A DNA stretch of 64,000 nucleotides from Basidiobolus meristosporus CBS 931.73. Its lineage: Eukaryota; Fungi; Basidiobolomycota. Made by a program: the position numbers and the translations under genes. How positions within the stretch are numbered: the first letter of the stretch is position 1; every line of letters begins with the position of its first letter. Positions 11,063-21,266 of this stretch are shown here, piece after piece. The stretch is taken from positions 62,001 through 126,000 of the forward strand of contig MCFE01000009.1 of assembly GCA_002104905.1 (NCBI GenBank), given 5' to 3'. The notes below the pieces were generated by a model. The model saw only the letters and a program-made list of their open reading frames with translations, did not search any database and was not told where the DNA came from.

Positions 11063-12955
11063 ATGAACTCTTTGCCATTACCACTCTCACATGGAGCCCC
11101 ACAGTTTGATGGAAAGAATGTGGAGAGCTTCATATTCAAATGGGAGAAGCTCTGCAAGATGTGCAGCCTATCTGAACAAGAAATGGCTGAAGACTTCCCC
11201 TACTACTGCACCGATGATATTACCACTAAGCTTCTCAGACAAGGAGACATTCTCACTGACTGGGCCTTAATGAAGACCTACCTACAGACCGAGTATGGTA
11301 GACCCCAGATATACTATGGAATTGAAGACCTCAGGCACTTTGGAAGAACTGGACTTTCCAAGCTACCACTTGAAGAGTTCATTCAACAGTATGAAGATAT
11401 GGCCAAGCCACTCCTAGAGTCCCAGGCTATAACTGAGTTTACCATGACACTTTACCTTGCACAAGGGCTTCCCCAGGACTTGGCAAGGAAAGTTGACTTA
11501 CATGCAGCCAAGGATGACAAGTCTGGCATTCCTTGCTTTGCAGAGATGAAACGTGTTCTCCTAGAGGCAAAGCAAACTTCTACCTTTATGAGACTCCTGA
11601 CATCTAATCTGCCAGACCAGTCAACCAAGGAGCCAAGGAGTGCTGCTGCTGACAATCAGACCTACACTACCAACAGAATTGACCAACTTGCTGAACAGCT
11701 ACAGAAGCTAGCCCTCAAGATTAATGGCTCAGCTGAGGTTGCTACTGAGGGACAAAGACCTTTGCCAAGGCACAGCATCTGGTGTGACTCTACTCAGCAT
11801 GCCAGACGAGAATGCTCAGAGCTTAGTCAGCTACTCAGAGAAGGAGCAGTACAGTTTGATGCAGATGGAATGCTTGCTGACAAGGAAGGAAGAAGGATTC
11901 CCACTAATTTCCAAAGAGGAGGGATGAGAGCCCTTTTCCAGAAATCTGACTCAGCAACCAGAAAGATTACTGTTGATGCCCCTATTGGGACTCATAAAGT
12001 GAATCCAAGCAGCCCTGACAACAGACAATATGAAGTTGATGCCTTTGCTACCAAAAGACACCTCCCTGAAGAACCTGCCAAACCCATCCTTAGAAGACCA
12101 CGATTTGAAGAACCTGAAGTTGTTATTGACAAGAGGCCTAGTATGCTGCCCACCCAAGATCCATTGCCTCACTTTCAGATGACCTCAAAGATAGCAAGCT
12201 ACTCAAGCCCTCAACTGATTACTGAGAAGCTGTTGAAGCAGAACCTCACTTTGTTGGTTGGAGAAATCATGAGTGTATCCCCATCTGTTAGGAAGACCTT
12301 TGATGAGCAGCTTAGGACAAGACAACAAGCTGTTGAACATATGGACACCCATATAATTCAGACAAACCATGAAGACCACCAAAAAGATGACAACACTACA
12401 GAATATAAGACCTTTTACTCAGTTGCAACTGCTGTGGTGAAAGGATATATATATGATGACCCTGTTGACTGCCATATTGACAGTGGCTCAGAGATTTGTG
12501 TTATGCCGCTAGACTTCTGGAAGACACTTAGAAGCAAGGAGCTACTGCCTGTTGATAGAGATATTGGATGGAACATGACTGATGCAAACTCAGGATCTAG
12601 TCCACTCTACGGTGTAGTGCACAAGTTCCCTATTGAGGTACAAGGAATCAAGGTCTGGCTTCCCCTCTTCATCTGCCAGAAGGCAAACTTTGACCTTCTG
12701 CTAGGTAGACCATGGGAAACCAGCACTAAGTCTACAACTACCAACTATTCCGATGGGTCAGTATGGTACACCATACAAGGATCCAATCCAGGACTACAGT
12801 CAACCTTCTGTGGTGTAACACCCAACAATAAGAGGACACATACTGCTTGCCAGAAGGCACATCTTGTTATGGAAGAAGATGAAGAGCCTGACAATATACA
12901 CCGCAACATTTGGAGCTGCTCATTAGGTATACAGGAGCAAACAGCTATGGTTTGA
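11063..12955 (+). CDS. Gypsy-1 gag + aspartic protease (ends at an in-frame TGA)
   Basis: Likely start MNSLPLP (first ATG after the PBS). APQFDGKNVESFI gag motif, IWCDSTQHARREC (DUF4100-like knuckle), CHIDSGSEICVM protease. Confidence 0.85.
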   Translation: MNSLPLPLSHGAPQFDGKNVESFIFKWEKLCKMCSLSEQEMAEDFPYYCTDDITTKLLRQGDILTDWALMKTYLQTEYGRPQIYYGIEDLRHFGRTGLSKLPLEEFIQQYEDMAKPLLESQAITEFTMTLYLAQGLPQDLARKVDLHAAKDDKSGIPCFAEMKRVLLEAKQTSTFMRLLTSNLPDQSTKEPRSAAADNQTYTTNRIDQLAEQLQKLALKINGSAEVATEGQRPLPRHSIWCDSTQHARRECSELSQLLREGAVQFDADGMLADKEGRRIPTNFQRGGMRALFQKSDSATRKITVDAPIGTHKVNPSSPDNRQYEVDAFATKRHLPEEPAKPILRRPRFEEPEVVIDKRPSMLPTQDPLPHFQMTSKIASYSSPQLITEKLLKQNLTLLVGEIMSVSPSVRKTFDEQLRTRQQAVEHMDTHIIQTNHEDHQKDDNTTEYKTFYSVATAVVKGYIYDDPVDCHIDSGSEICVMPLDFWKTLRSKELLPVDRDIGWNMTDANSGSSPLYGVVHKFPIEVQGIKVWLPLFICQKANFDLLLGRPWETSTKSTTTNYSDGSVWYTIQGSNPGLQSTFCGVTPNNKRTHTACQKAHLVMEEDEEPDNIHRNIWSCSLGIQEQTAMV

Positions 12956-14170
12956 ACAAAATACAAGACAGTAGAACAGAAGATTAGACCATCACTTACC
13001 CCACTGACTGATGGATCTCGACCTGCTGATTACATTAGACCACCAGAAGAAACACCAGATGATATACGACTTACACCTGAGAGACTTAAGCAACTTATCA
13101 TTGGTGATGGAAACCTAACACCAGAGGAGATACTATTATTCAAGGAGACCTTGAAAAGGCATGATAAGGTCTTCTCATATAATGACAAGGAGATGGGACT
13201 CTTAAAGACACTGGTTGAAAAACCCATCAAGATTCATACAGTGCCCCACACACCCTGGTCATTTAAGCCTTACCCACTGCCCAGAGGACTCCAAGCTGAT
13301 GTGCATGACCTACTTAAGAAGAAGATAGAAGCTGGTATCCTAGAACCTTGCCATGGACCCTATGCTAACAGATGGTTTGTGACCAAAAAGAAGAATGGAA
13401 AGCTCCGATTCATTCAAGACATGCAACCTGCAAATGCTGTCACTATCAGAGATGCTGCTATACCTCCATCTATTGATGACTTTGCAGAAAGCTTTAGTGG
13501 CCACTCCATCTACTCAACATATGATCTCTACTCAGGCTATGACCAGATCCCCCTTGATGAGACATCAAGAGATATGTTTGCACTACAGACACCATTTGGA
13601 CTGCTAAGGATGACAAGACTCAGTCAAGGGGCTACAAACTCCGTGGCTCAGTTCCAGAGATGCATGGTGAATGTGCTGTACCAGTTTATACCTGAGAAAC
13701 TTGCTGTCTTTGTGGATGACATAGGCATCAAAGGATCAAAATTCCGGGACACCACTGAAGTTATGCCTGGAGTAAGAAAGTTTGTCTGTGACCATATTGC
13801 AGACAATGATGCCATATTAGGAGCCATTGAAGAAGCTGGACTCACCATCAGTGGTGAGAAAAGCAGCTTTGGTGTATCAGAGATATCCATTGTTGGACAA
13901 AAATGCAACACCTTTGGTCGTTCACCTGGAGACTCCAAGACACAAAAGATATGCAACTGGCCTACCCCCACAAATCTCACACAAGCTCGTGGCTTTGTGG
14001 CTGCTTGTGGGCTCTTTAGAATCTGGATCCCAAGATTTTCTGAGATAGCAGAACCAATTTACCGACTACAGAGAAAGAACACCCCATTTATCTGGGGAGA
14101 AGAGCAAGAAGAAGCCATGCAATTACTGAAAGAGGCCTTAGTATCTCCACCAGTTCTGAGACAGATATGA
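12956..14170 (+). CDS. Gypsy-1 reverse transcriptase, same frame as gag, ends at a frameshifting deletion
   Basis: YDLYSGYDQI, LSQGATNS, VFVDDIGI RT motifs; the frame is open from 12956 (TKYKTVEQKIRP). Confidence 0.85.
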   Translation, partial: TKYKTVEQKIRPSLTPLTDGSRPADYIRPPEETPDDIRLTPERLKQLIIGDGNLTPEEILLFKETLKRHDKVFSYNDKEMGLLKTLVEKPIKIHTVPHTPWSFKPYPLPRGLQADVHDLLKKKIEAGILEPCHGPYANRWFVTKKKNGKLRFIQDMQPANAVTIRDAAIPPSIDDFAESFSGHSIYSTYDLYSGYDQIPLDETSRDMFALQTPFGLLRMTRLSQGATNSVAQFQRCMVNVLYQFIPEKLAVFVDDIGIKGSKFRDTTEVMPGVRKFVCDHIADNDAILGAIEEAGLTISGEKSSFGVSEISIVGQKCNTFGRSPGDSKTQKICNWPTPTNLTQARGFVAACGLFRIWIPRFSEIAEPIYRLQRKNTPFIWGEEQEEAMQLLKEALVSPPVLRQI

Positions 14171-15803
14171 GAGCTGCCTATTCTCTCCTAGAGAACAAAG
14201 ATACTCACAGATTAAGAGAGAACTACTAGGAGTTGTGAAGATGCTGAGGAAACTGAAGTCACAACTCTACATGACACATTTTATCCTGGAGACAGATGCC
14301 AAGCCACTGATAGGAATGATCAACAAGCCTGACCTACCTGATGATGCCACAAACCGATGGATGGCATGGCTGAAAATGTTTGACTTTGAGGTCAAACATA
14401 TCCCTGGCAAGACAAATGTTGTGGCTGATGCACTCTCCAGGAAGGGACCACAATTATTTGAAGACTTGGACCCTCACTTTGATGATATTATTGATGCAGA
14501 GATCCGACAGATTGCCATCAAAGACCAAGAGAGAACTACCTGGAGTCTGATCAAGGAATATCTAAGGACACTTAAGAAACCTAGTTGGATGGATATTCAG
14601 GAGTTTAGAAAACTCAGGAAGAAGGCACACCACTACTATCTTAAAGATGATCTTCTCTTTAAGCGAGTGAAACCTGGACTTATGCCAAGAAGAGTAGTCA
14701 CTACCCCTCAAGAGCAACTGAACATCATGACAAGTATCCACCAAGGAGAACCAGGAGGACATAGAGGACAAGAAGCCACATACAATACTACAGCTCAGAG
14801 GTACTACTGGGTAAACATGTACTATGATATCCAACACTTTGTTGAGTCATGTGTAGCCTGCCAGAAGAGATCCTCAAAGCGTTATGAAGAACCACTGCAT
14901 CCTACTTACACAATCTGTCTATGGCAAAAGGTTGGTATTGACCTTGTCCACATGCCAACAGCTGGATCAAAAAAGTACCTGATTGTTGCTAGAGATGACC
15001 TTAGTGGATGGGCAGAGGCTCGAGCCTTGCCCAACAACAAGAGCCATACCATATGGAGATTTATACTTGAAGACATCATCTGCAGATTTGGCTGCATCCG
15101 ACAGTTTGTTGCTGACAGAGGAGAGATGACATCCCAAATGATCCAGGAGTTGTGCTCAAAGTACAAGATACACATTGCTTTTACAACAGCTTACCACCCT
15201 CAAGCCAATGGAATGATAGAGAGAGGACATGGACCATTGGTGAACTCTCTTGTCAAGACCTGTGAGAATAACACAACACTGTGGCCACAGCAATTACATC
15301 TAGCACTCTGGGCAGATAGAATTACTACTAAGAGGACAACTGGATTATCGCCATTCAAGCTACTCTATGGACATGACTGCATACTACCAGTTGAGTTAAA
15401 CACAGTGACTTGGAACTCATTGAATTGGAGATCCAATATGCAGACTGAAGACCTCCTTGCAACTCGCATACAGCAACTTGATCACCATGACTTGAATATC
15501 AGCAGAGCTGCTGAACAACTTAAGGATACACGACTAAAGAACAAGGTGCCCTTTGACAAATCACACCCAACAAGACCAAAACCACTATCACTAGGAGACC
15601 CAGTATTACTCTATGATTCTACCTTGGACAAGCAATGGAGCCGGAAGTTTGACAACAAATGGACTGGCCCCTACCTCATTTCCAAAGTGATTGGAAATGG
15701 AAGTTATTACATATCTGAGCTTGACAACACCCAGTTGAGAGCACCAGTTGCTGGAAATCAACTTAAGTTATTCAAGCATAGGAATTTTGCACATCAAGAT
15801 TAG
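14163..15803 (+). CDS. Gypsy-1 RNase H (N-terminus missing) + integrase
   Basis: RYESCLFSPREQRYSQIKRELLGVV, LETDAKPL, H-X6-H..CVAC zinc finger, GIDLVHM, VADRGE, ERGH and GPY motifs; no chromodomain. Confidence 0.85.
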   Translation, partial: RYESCLFSPREQRYSQIKRELLGVVKMLRKLKSQLYMTHFILETDAKPLIGMINKPDLPDDATNRWMAWLKMFDFEVKHIPGKTNVVADALSRKGPQLFEDLDPHFDDIIDAEIRQIAIKDQERTTWSLIKEYLRTLKKPSWMDIQEFRKLRKKAHHYYLKDDLLFKRVKPGLMPRRVVTTPQEQLNIMTSIHQGEPGGHRGQEATYNTTAQRYYWVNMYYDIQHFVESCVACQKRSSKRYEEPLHPTYTICLWQKVGIDLVHMPTAGSKKYLIVARDDLSGWAEARALPNNKSHTIWRFILEDIICRFGCIRQFVADRGEMTSQMIQELCSKYKIHIAFTTAYHPQANGMIERGHGPLVNSLVKTCENNTTLWPQQLHLALWADRITTKRTTGLSPFKLLYGHDCILPVELNTVTWNSLNWRSNMQTEDLLATRIQQLDHHDLNISRAAEQLKDTRLKNKVPFDKSHPTRPKPLSLGDPVLLYDSTLDKQWSRKFDNKWTGPYLISKVIGNGSYYISELDNTQLRAPVAGNQLKLFKHRNFAHQD

Positions 15804-15842
15804 TTTGCTTTGACCCAAGTTCAAAGCTGAGAGGGGGGTGGA

Positions 15843-16913
15843 TGTAGTGGGGTGACAGTGACACCCACTGACAGATGTGCTCATTCCCTTATTTTCTACT
15901 TCCCTATATCTCTACTACACTTATTTTAGTTTTATCCCATTTGTCTTACCCAATCAGTACTATCCCATAAGCCGGTCGACTATCACACCTGCTTACCTTA
16001 TTGCATAAGTTACCCCTCACTTTATGTAAGATTACTAGCTATAAGTACTTCTATATTAGGCAAGTACCCGCACCAGTACCCGTGACACATGATCAGCCCG
16101 TGTCACCATCCCTACCATTTCCATACCATATATGGTATCCCCATGTTACACAGGTTTCAGAATACTGATTCCTGATTGGTTGGATGTGCTGTGCCTCTTA
16201 GAACCTTCCGGCACCTACTTAGAACATTCTTAGGTCATTCTGATGTCATTAAGATTTCTATTGATCTCCGGAACCTTCTGGAACACCTTGATTAGTAATC
16301 ACTTAGCCAGTGAGAAAAGTATATAAGGGAGGCTATCCCTCAACAATAAATCATCATCCCTTTTGTCAATATACCGACTTGTTGATTAGTGTGATCACTG
16401 CTACCTGCTGCTACCTGAACTTCCAACCCTAGACCACAGGACACTCCCAGGAAACCGCGCTGACAGCCAACTGACCTTGGAGGCACTACTTGTGAGGAAT
16501 ACTCAGAGTAGGTATCTTTTATTATATTCGATTCTTTCCCAAGTTTGTTCTTGTACAGGCAAAGATACTTTTCTGTCTTTGTAACTATTGACCAAAGCTG
16601 CATTCTTATCAAGTCCCTGCTGGTGGAGTTTACAGTTGTTTTGACTTTGGAAGCTTTAGTACATTGTCATCTCAAAGGATGCTGAACCCAGCACATACTT
16701 TTGTTAAGACGCCAACTAAGTTGGGGATTGTAGCTCAATAGTTTTCCCTTGACAAGCTTGTGGCTTTATTCCCCTTCACATTAGATTAGAGACAGAACCC
16801 AAGTACTCCTAGCAAGCTTTTGCCAGAGGTTATTGCACCCAGTGAACACCCCACACACAAAACACTTGAGAAGTGTTGGACGTATCTCTCCCTTGGACTT
16901 ATACACCACCACA
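15843..16913 (+). repeat. Gypsy-1 3' LTR
   Basis: Direct repeat of 9851-10921; TGTAGT..ACCACA; contains tgattgg, gtatataag and aataaa. Confidence 0.97.
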
Positions 16914-19900
16914 GCGGTTCTGGATAAATATTCCTACAATGTCCACATATGACTCCCAATGCTTCCAGTGTACTCTTGGTAGGAATGGCTTCAGAACACC
17001 ACTTGAACAAATAAATATTCAGTTCATCCAGTCTTTGCATTTGAATTTTTGCATATGCATATGAGTATTGTTTGGAGCCCATGATAAGTACTTAGGGTAG
17101 CAGATACTGGGTAATATATTGCCAATGCATTCAAATTTCTCTGGTATCTCAAAGGGCTCATTTGTCTTGAAATACCACATGTACAACTTGGTCAACAGTA
17201 TTGGGATATTGTTGAAAAGCAAATGCTTTGCTCCCAGTGGAAAGCTTTTGCACCAACAGATACCCTCTATCTTAAGTATCTCTGGTTTCCAATTCATTCT
17301 ATATTCTGGCCAATGGCTTATAGCTTGCCAACTCTGCTGCAAGTGCATGCTTACTTTTGTGCATTCTCTCTGTGGAAAGATGATGTTCTTAGTGCTGGTG
17401 TTTGGATAATAATAATGGGTATGAGTTATGGAGTAAATACCCTGGATCTCACACATTCAGCAGCAATACCGTCTATTGTGCCTGGAAAAACCTGCTATCT
17501 TACTGATGGCTGGGGTATCTCCAATGCAGATAATAATATGCGCTTTTACATGATGGCCATTGACTGTTATCCTGCTGGAAAGCATACAAAGTTCATCCAG
17601 CAATGCATACAGGTAGCTATCCAGGTTGGATGGTGATTTAGGCTCAGATACTAGTAAGACTACCATCAGATTATAGCTCTGATACTGTAAGATGGGCAGC
17701 CAATTCAGATAAATGAGAATCAGTGGCCTGCAGGATTTGCTGGTAGAGTACTTGTTTAATGAGAATCCATCAAGTGCTAAAGCAAAGGCATGGTCTTACA
17801 TACCTTCAAAGTAGCCCTTGCTTCTTAGGTGTTTGTAATGTTTGCCATGAATATATTGGATACGTTTGCGCTTGCTTGATACTGAGTGTGGTACTGTATA
17901 GCTTTGCAATATTTTTTGGACTGCATCAGCTTCCTCAGATGGGGTATGAACAGAGTATACCCAGAGTGTGAACAATGTCTTCCTTCAATGGTGGTGGATT
18001 CCTGACAATTTGGACCCATTGCAATGGTAGCATTTTTGGATGTGAATGCCATGCAACTGTTAACACATGCTGGAATCAGGACAGTCTCTGGATCATATGA
18101 TGCAAGCTGCATGACAATTGTCCACTTGTACCATGTACCTGGTAAGTTGCATCCTGGTATGATTTTGGCAAGAAGTAGTATTAAATCCTCAATGCCCCCA
18201 TTGCGGATGTTGGTGGAAATGTGCCACTTCTCTAGCCACAAAATTACATCATTCACCAGTAAATGGATTACTGGGCTCACTTGTCTCCATAGAGTATCCT
18301 TGGCATTTGTTTTAACAAGTGTTGTCTCATTGCACATAGGGATTTGACCAGCTCATATGTGGTACTTTTGTTAGGGGAGATAGGCTCAAAATCAATCAGT
18401 AAACCTTCTTTGTCAGAGCTCTCACTCTGCATGCCATATTCAGAAGGCTGAGGTGAGCCTAAAGGTGTCACAAGCTCAACTGACTCAGTTTGCGCAAGGT
18501 GACCAAGATGGCCAGGTGCTGATATAGAAGTATCAACTGGCTGGCAAGATAATGTTGGCACAGTAGAGACCAATGAATGATCATATATGACTTGGGTGGC
18601 AAAACACTGGCTGTGATCCTTGTAACACTTCCTATACTGTCTGCATGCATTATGGCTGAGAGGCTTGCCACAATAGACACATGGACTTTTCTCTCCTCTT
18701 TTAAAGCATTGGGTCAAAGTAGTCCTGTCCATGAGGCAAACGGTTTGACCTTCAACAATATAACGCTATTATATTACTTTTTGGTCAATACTCATGTGAG
18801 TTTAAAACAGTCTTGTATTTGAGACATTGCATCTACATGAATGTAAGATTCAATGATGACCTGCCATAGAAAGCATTATAAATAAAGTTGTGGCACCACA
18901 TACACACGTATATGTAACACTATTTCCCCTTTGGTTTGACTCACTTCCATATATATACTGCCACAAAATAAAGCAAAGCTGTCTGGTTCTCAACCAAACC
19001 CCACTGCTGATGGCAACAGTAGAATAGTTGGACAACAGCTTGCTTTGACATTCAGTGCAACAAGCAGGGCTATATCCAAAAAAGGCCCTGTGGACAGTGT
19101 GCCCATTGAAGTTAATAATGCGGACTGCTCAGGCTCTCTGTCAAGTAGGCAATTGAGAACCTCTGCAGACCCTCAAGCTGACTGATGTGCTTAGGTAGAT
19201 GAGAATGTGGCAAATGCAGTACCCTCAATTGAAGATCAGCAAGTGGCCATGGTAACATCACCACCACCCATATTAGCAAGTATGTTGTCAGCTCATACCA
19301 AAGCATTAATGAGGCAATTTGGTACAGTGGCTTATAGGATAGATGCAACGGCCCAGAGAAATCAGGAAATAGTCCGGAAACAGAATGAGTAGATGATACA
19401 TATAGAACAATCAGTATCCAGGTAGAGAATGCAGTATCTTTGCTGCAAACAACAAACTCAAGTTGCTCAATGTCACAGCCAAGAAATGAGCCATTTCCCA
19501 ATGTAACAGCAGAGGAACACCACACAGTCTTTGAAGCACAACAACAGTGCCCAAAGATAAAGCCTACAGAAGTACCTGTCACAGCTAGGGAGGGAGACAA
19601 TGTGGTGTTTATACCAAAGCCTAAAAATCAAAAGAACTTGAAGACCTGTGAAGCTGTTGAGTACAATAATGAAGAGTGGACTAATATACAAGAGGTCATC
19701 AGAAGTCTAGCACACCATCACCTTAAGGCCGGCATACCATGGGACCATCAGCAACTTGAGGCTAAGCAGAAAGCACTTGATTTGTTCCATGAGCATTGTC
19801 CTAAATTCTAACAGGTAAACAGATTTTGAGCCAGCATTGGTATGCTAAGAAAATATCTCAAGAATATTAGAAACTATCAGAGGCAGAAGAACAAGGGTGC

Positions 19901-20628
19901 CATGGTTAAAAACTAGCAGCTTCCTCAAGAGCCCATTACAAGCAGGGCCAAACACTCCAGATGAGCATCAAAGAGATGTCAGGTAGCTGGAAGAGTGCCA
20001 ACTAGGAACAAGCAGGCAGACACAGATGCACCAGCACAACATTTATCAAGGAAAAAGTATAGTACCACTCAAGAAGCACCCAGTCAAAATAGCAGTGAAG
20101 AACCTGGCATTGATAAAAACCAGCTGCTTTTACAGGAGCCTGTCACAAATACAATTGAGAGCTCAAGCCAAGTGGAAAAGAAACGTCAGGTGGTCAGAAG
20201 AGTTTCAGCAAGGGACAAGCAGGCCAAAACAGATGTGTCAGAGCAGAATTTATTCAGGAGAAAACATAGTTTTTTACAAGAAGTGTTGTGTTGTATTATG
20301 ATTAGTTTGGGGCTTGTTCTACAATGTAGAGGCTAATCAACAATATACAACAACTTCCAGTATGCTAATACTGAAATAGTTTATTGGGAGTTTGATATAC
20401 CGATAGAAGATATAACTTTCACTAATTTCCTCAATCTTGGGCTCAAAATATACTGTAGGCAGTGTTTATCACTTCTACAGCAGTGTTCTGACCTTCTGTC
20501 GACTAATGGGCTTATTTACTTTTATAGTAACTTTTCCTTATTTGGAAGTCACTTTCCTTTCTGAGAAAATATTTCCTAATATGGAAATTCTGAACTCCCC
20601 TTTAACCTAAATGGGTGTGTTGTAGAAG

Positions 20629-20848
20629 TCTCTAAAGGGGTCTTTAGACCTAAAGGGGTGTCTAAAGGGGTGTCTTTAGAGTAAAGGGGCTTCTTGTAGT
20701 GGTCTCTAAAGTGGACTTTACACTAAAGGGGTGCCTAAAGGGGCTTCTTTAGAGTAAAGGGGTTTCTTAAAGGGGTCTCTAAAGGGGTCTTTAGACTAAA
20801 GGGGTGTCTAAAGGGGTGTCTTTAGAGTAAAGGGGTTTCTTAGAGGGG
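20629..20848 (+). repeat. G-rich higher-order tandem repeat: three units of 73-74 bp, each with five TAAAGGGG-like motifs
   Basis: Units start at 20629, 20703 and 20776. Internal inverted TCTAAAG/CTTTAGA pairs; unit length is not a multiple of 3. Confidence 0.9.
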
Positions 20849-21114
20849 ACTTTTCCAACAGAAAAGTGGTAGTTTCTTTTAGAACTTAGATTGGATTCTT
20901 GTGAGCTTTGCAGTCTCTTTACTGATGTAGTACCAATCAAAGTCAGAATACTCAACAGTGCAAGTGATGCAGGGGAAGTCTTATAACCTTTAAACTTGTA
21001 ATCGTAGTGTGGAGATTCTGGAAAGAGAGGCTCTCGCTTTATTTTTCAGCTGGGGAAGTCATATATATGAAAATCTTGAAGGATCAAAGTTTTTGGGCAA
21101 TTGCGCCAGCAATA

Positions 21115-21266
21115 CACGTGATACAAAGCTAAAATTTTGCAGTGGCGCAGATCGGACATAGGCGCAGCACCTGTGAAAATTTCCCGTGATTTGATTGGCT
21201 GGTTCAAAAGTTACACGCAATCAAAGTCACCATAGTAATCCTAGCAATAAGGCATAGTATATATAA
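21115..21266 (+). promoter_or_regulatory. Putative LTR core promoter (E-box CACGTG 21115, CCAAT box tgattggctg 21192, TATA 21258)
   Basis: Motifs read directly; a local cluster of retained CpGs in an otherwise CpG-poor window. Confidence 0.55.

Larger units (their letters stand above)
9851..16913 (+). mobile_element. Full-length Ty3/Gypsy LTR retrotransposon, family 1 (1071-bp LTRs)
   Basis: LTRs 9851-10921 and 15843-16913 differ at about 7 positions by eye. TSD GCGG; tRNA-Lys-type PBS; PPT gagaggggggtgga at about 15829-15842; gag-protease-RT-RNase H-integrase order. Confidence 0.97.
8380..18730 (-). pseudogene. Most complete CACTA-type transposase relic, interrupted by a Gypsy-2 solo LTR and the full Gypsy-1 element
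   Basis: Flanks of both insertions rejoin into sequence matching copy 1-2180 (e.g. tatccagaa-ccgc-atgaccaatgcc). Peptides VSEPKSPSNLDSYLYALLDEL and HCIHSLLHLAQCVENIG. Confidence 0.85.

Noticed and set aside
10348-16612. Duplicated 90-aa minus-strand ORFs in the Gypsy-1 LTRs and other short antisense ORFs over TE genes
   Set aside because: Non-ATG starts, no motifs; explained by LTR duplication or shadow frames. Similar short ORFs throughout the window were treated the same way.
20340-20580. Minus-strand peptide resembling a Tc1 or Polinton integrase N-terminus
   Set aside because: Multiple stops, no catalytic motif, and it lies inside a solo LTR.
20629-20848. TAAAGGGG array as telomeric repeat or CRISPR array
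   Set aside because: Motifs sit in a 73-74 bp higher-order unit with short, repeating linkers rather than unique spacers, and lie inside a TSD-bounded solo LTR; no cas genes.
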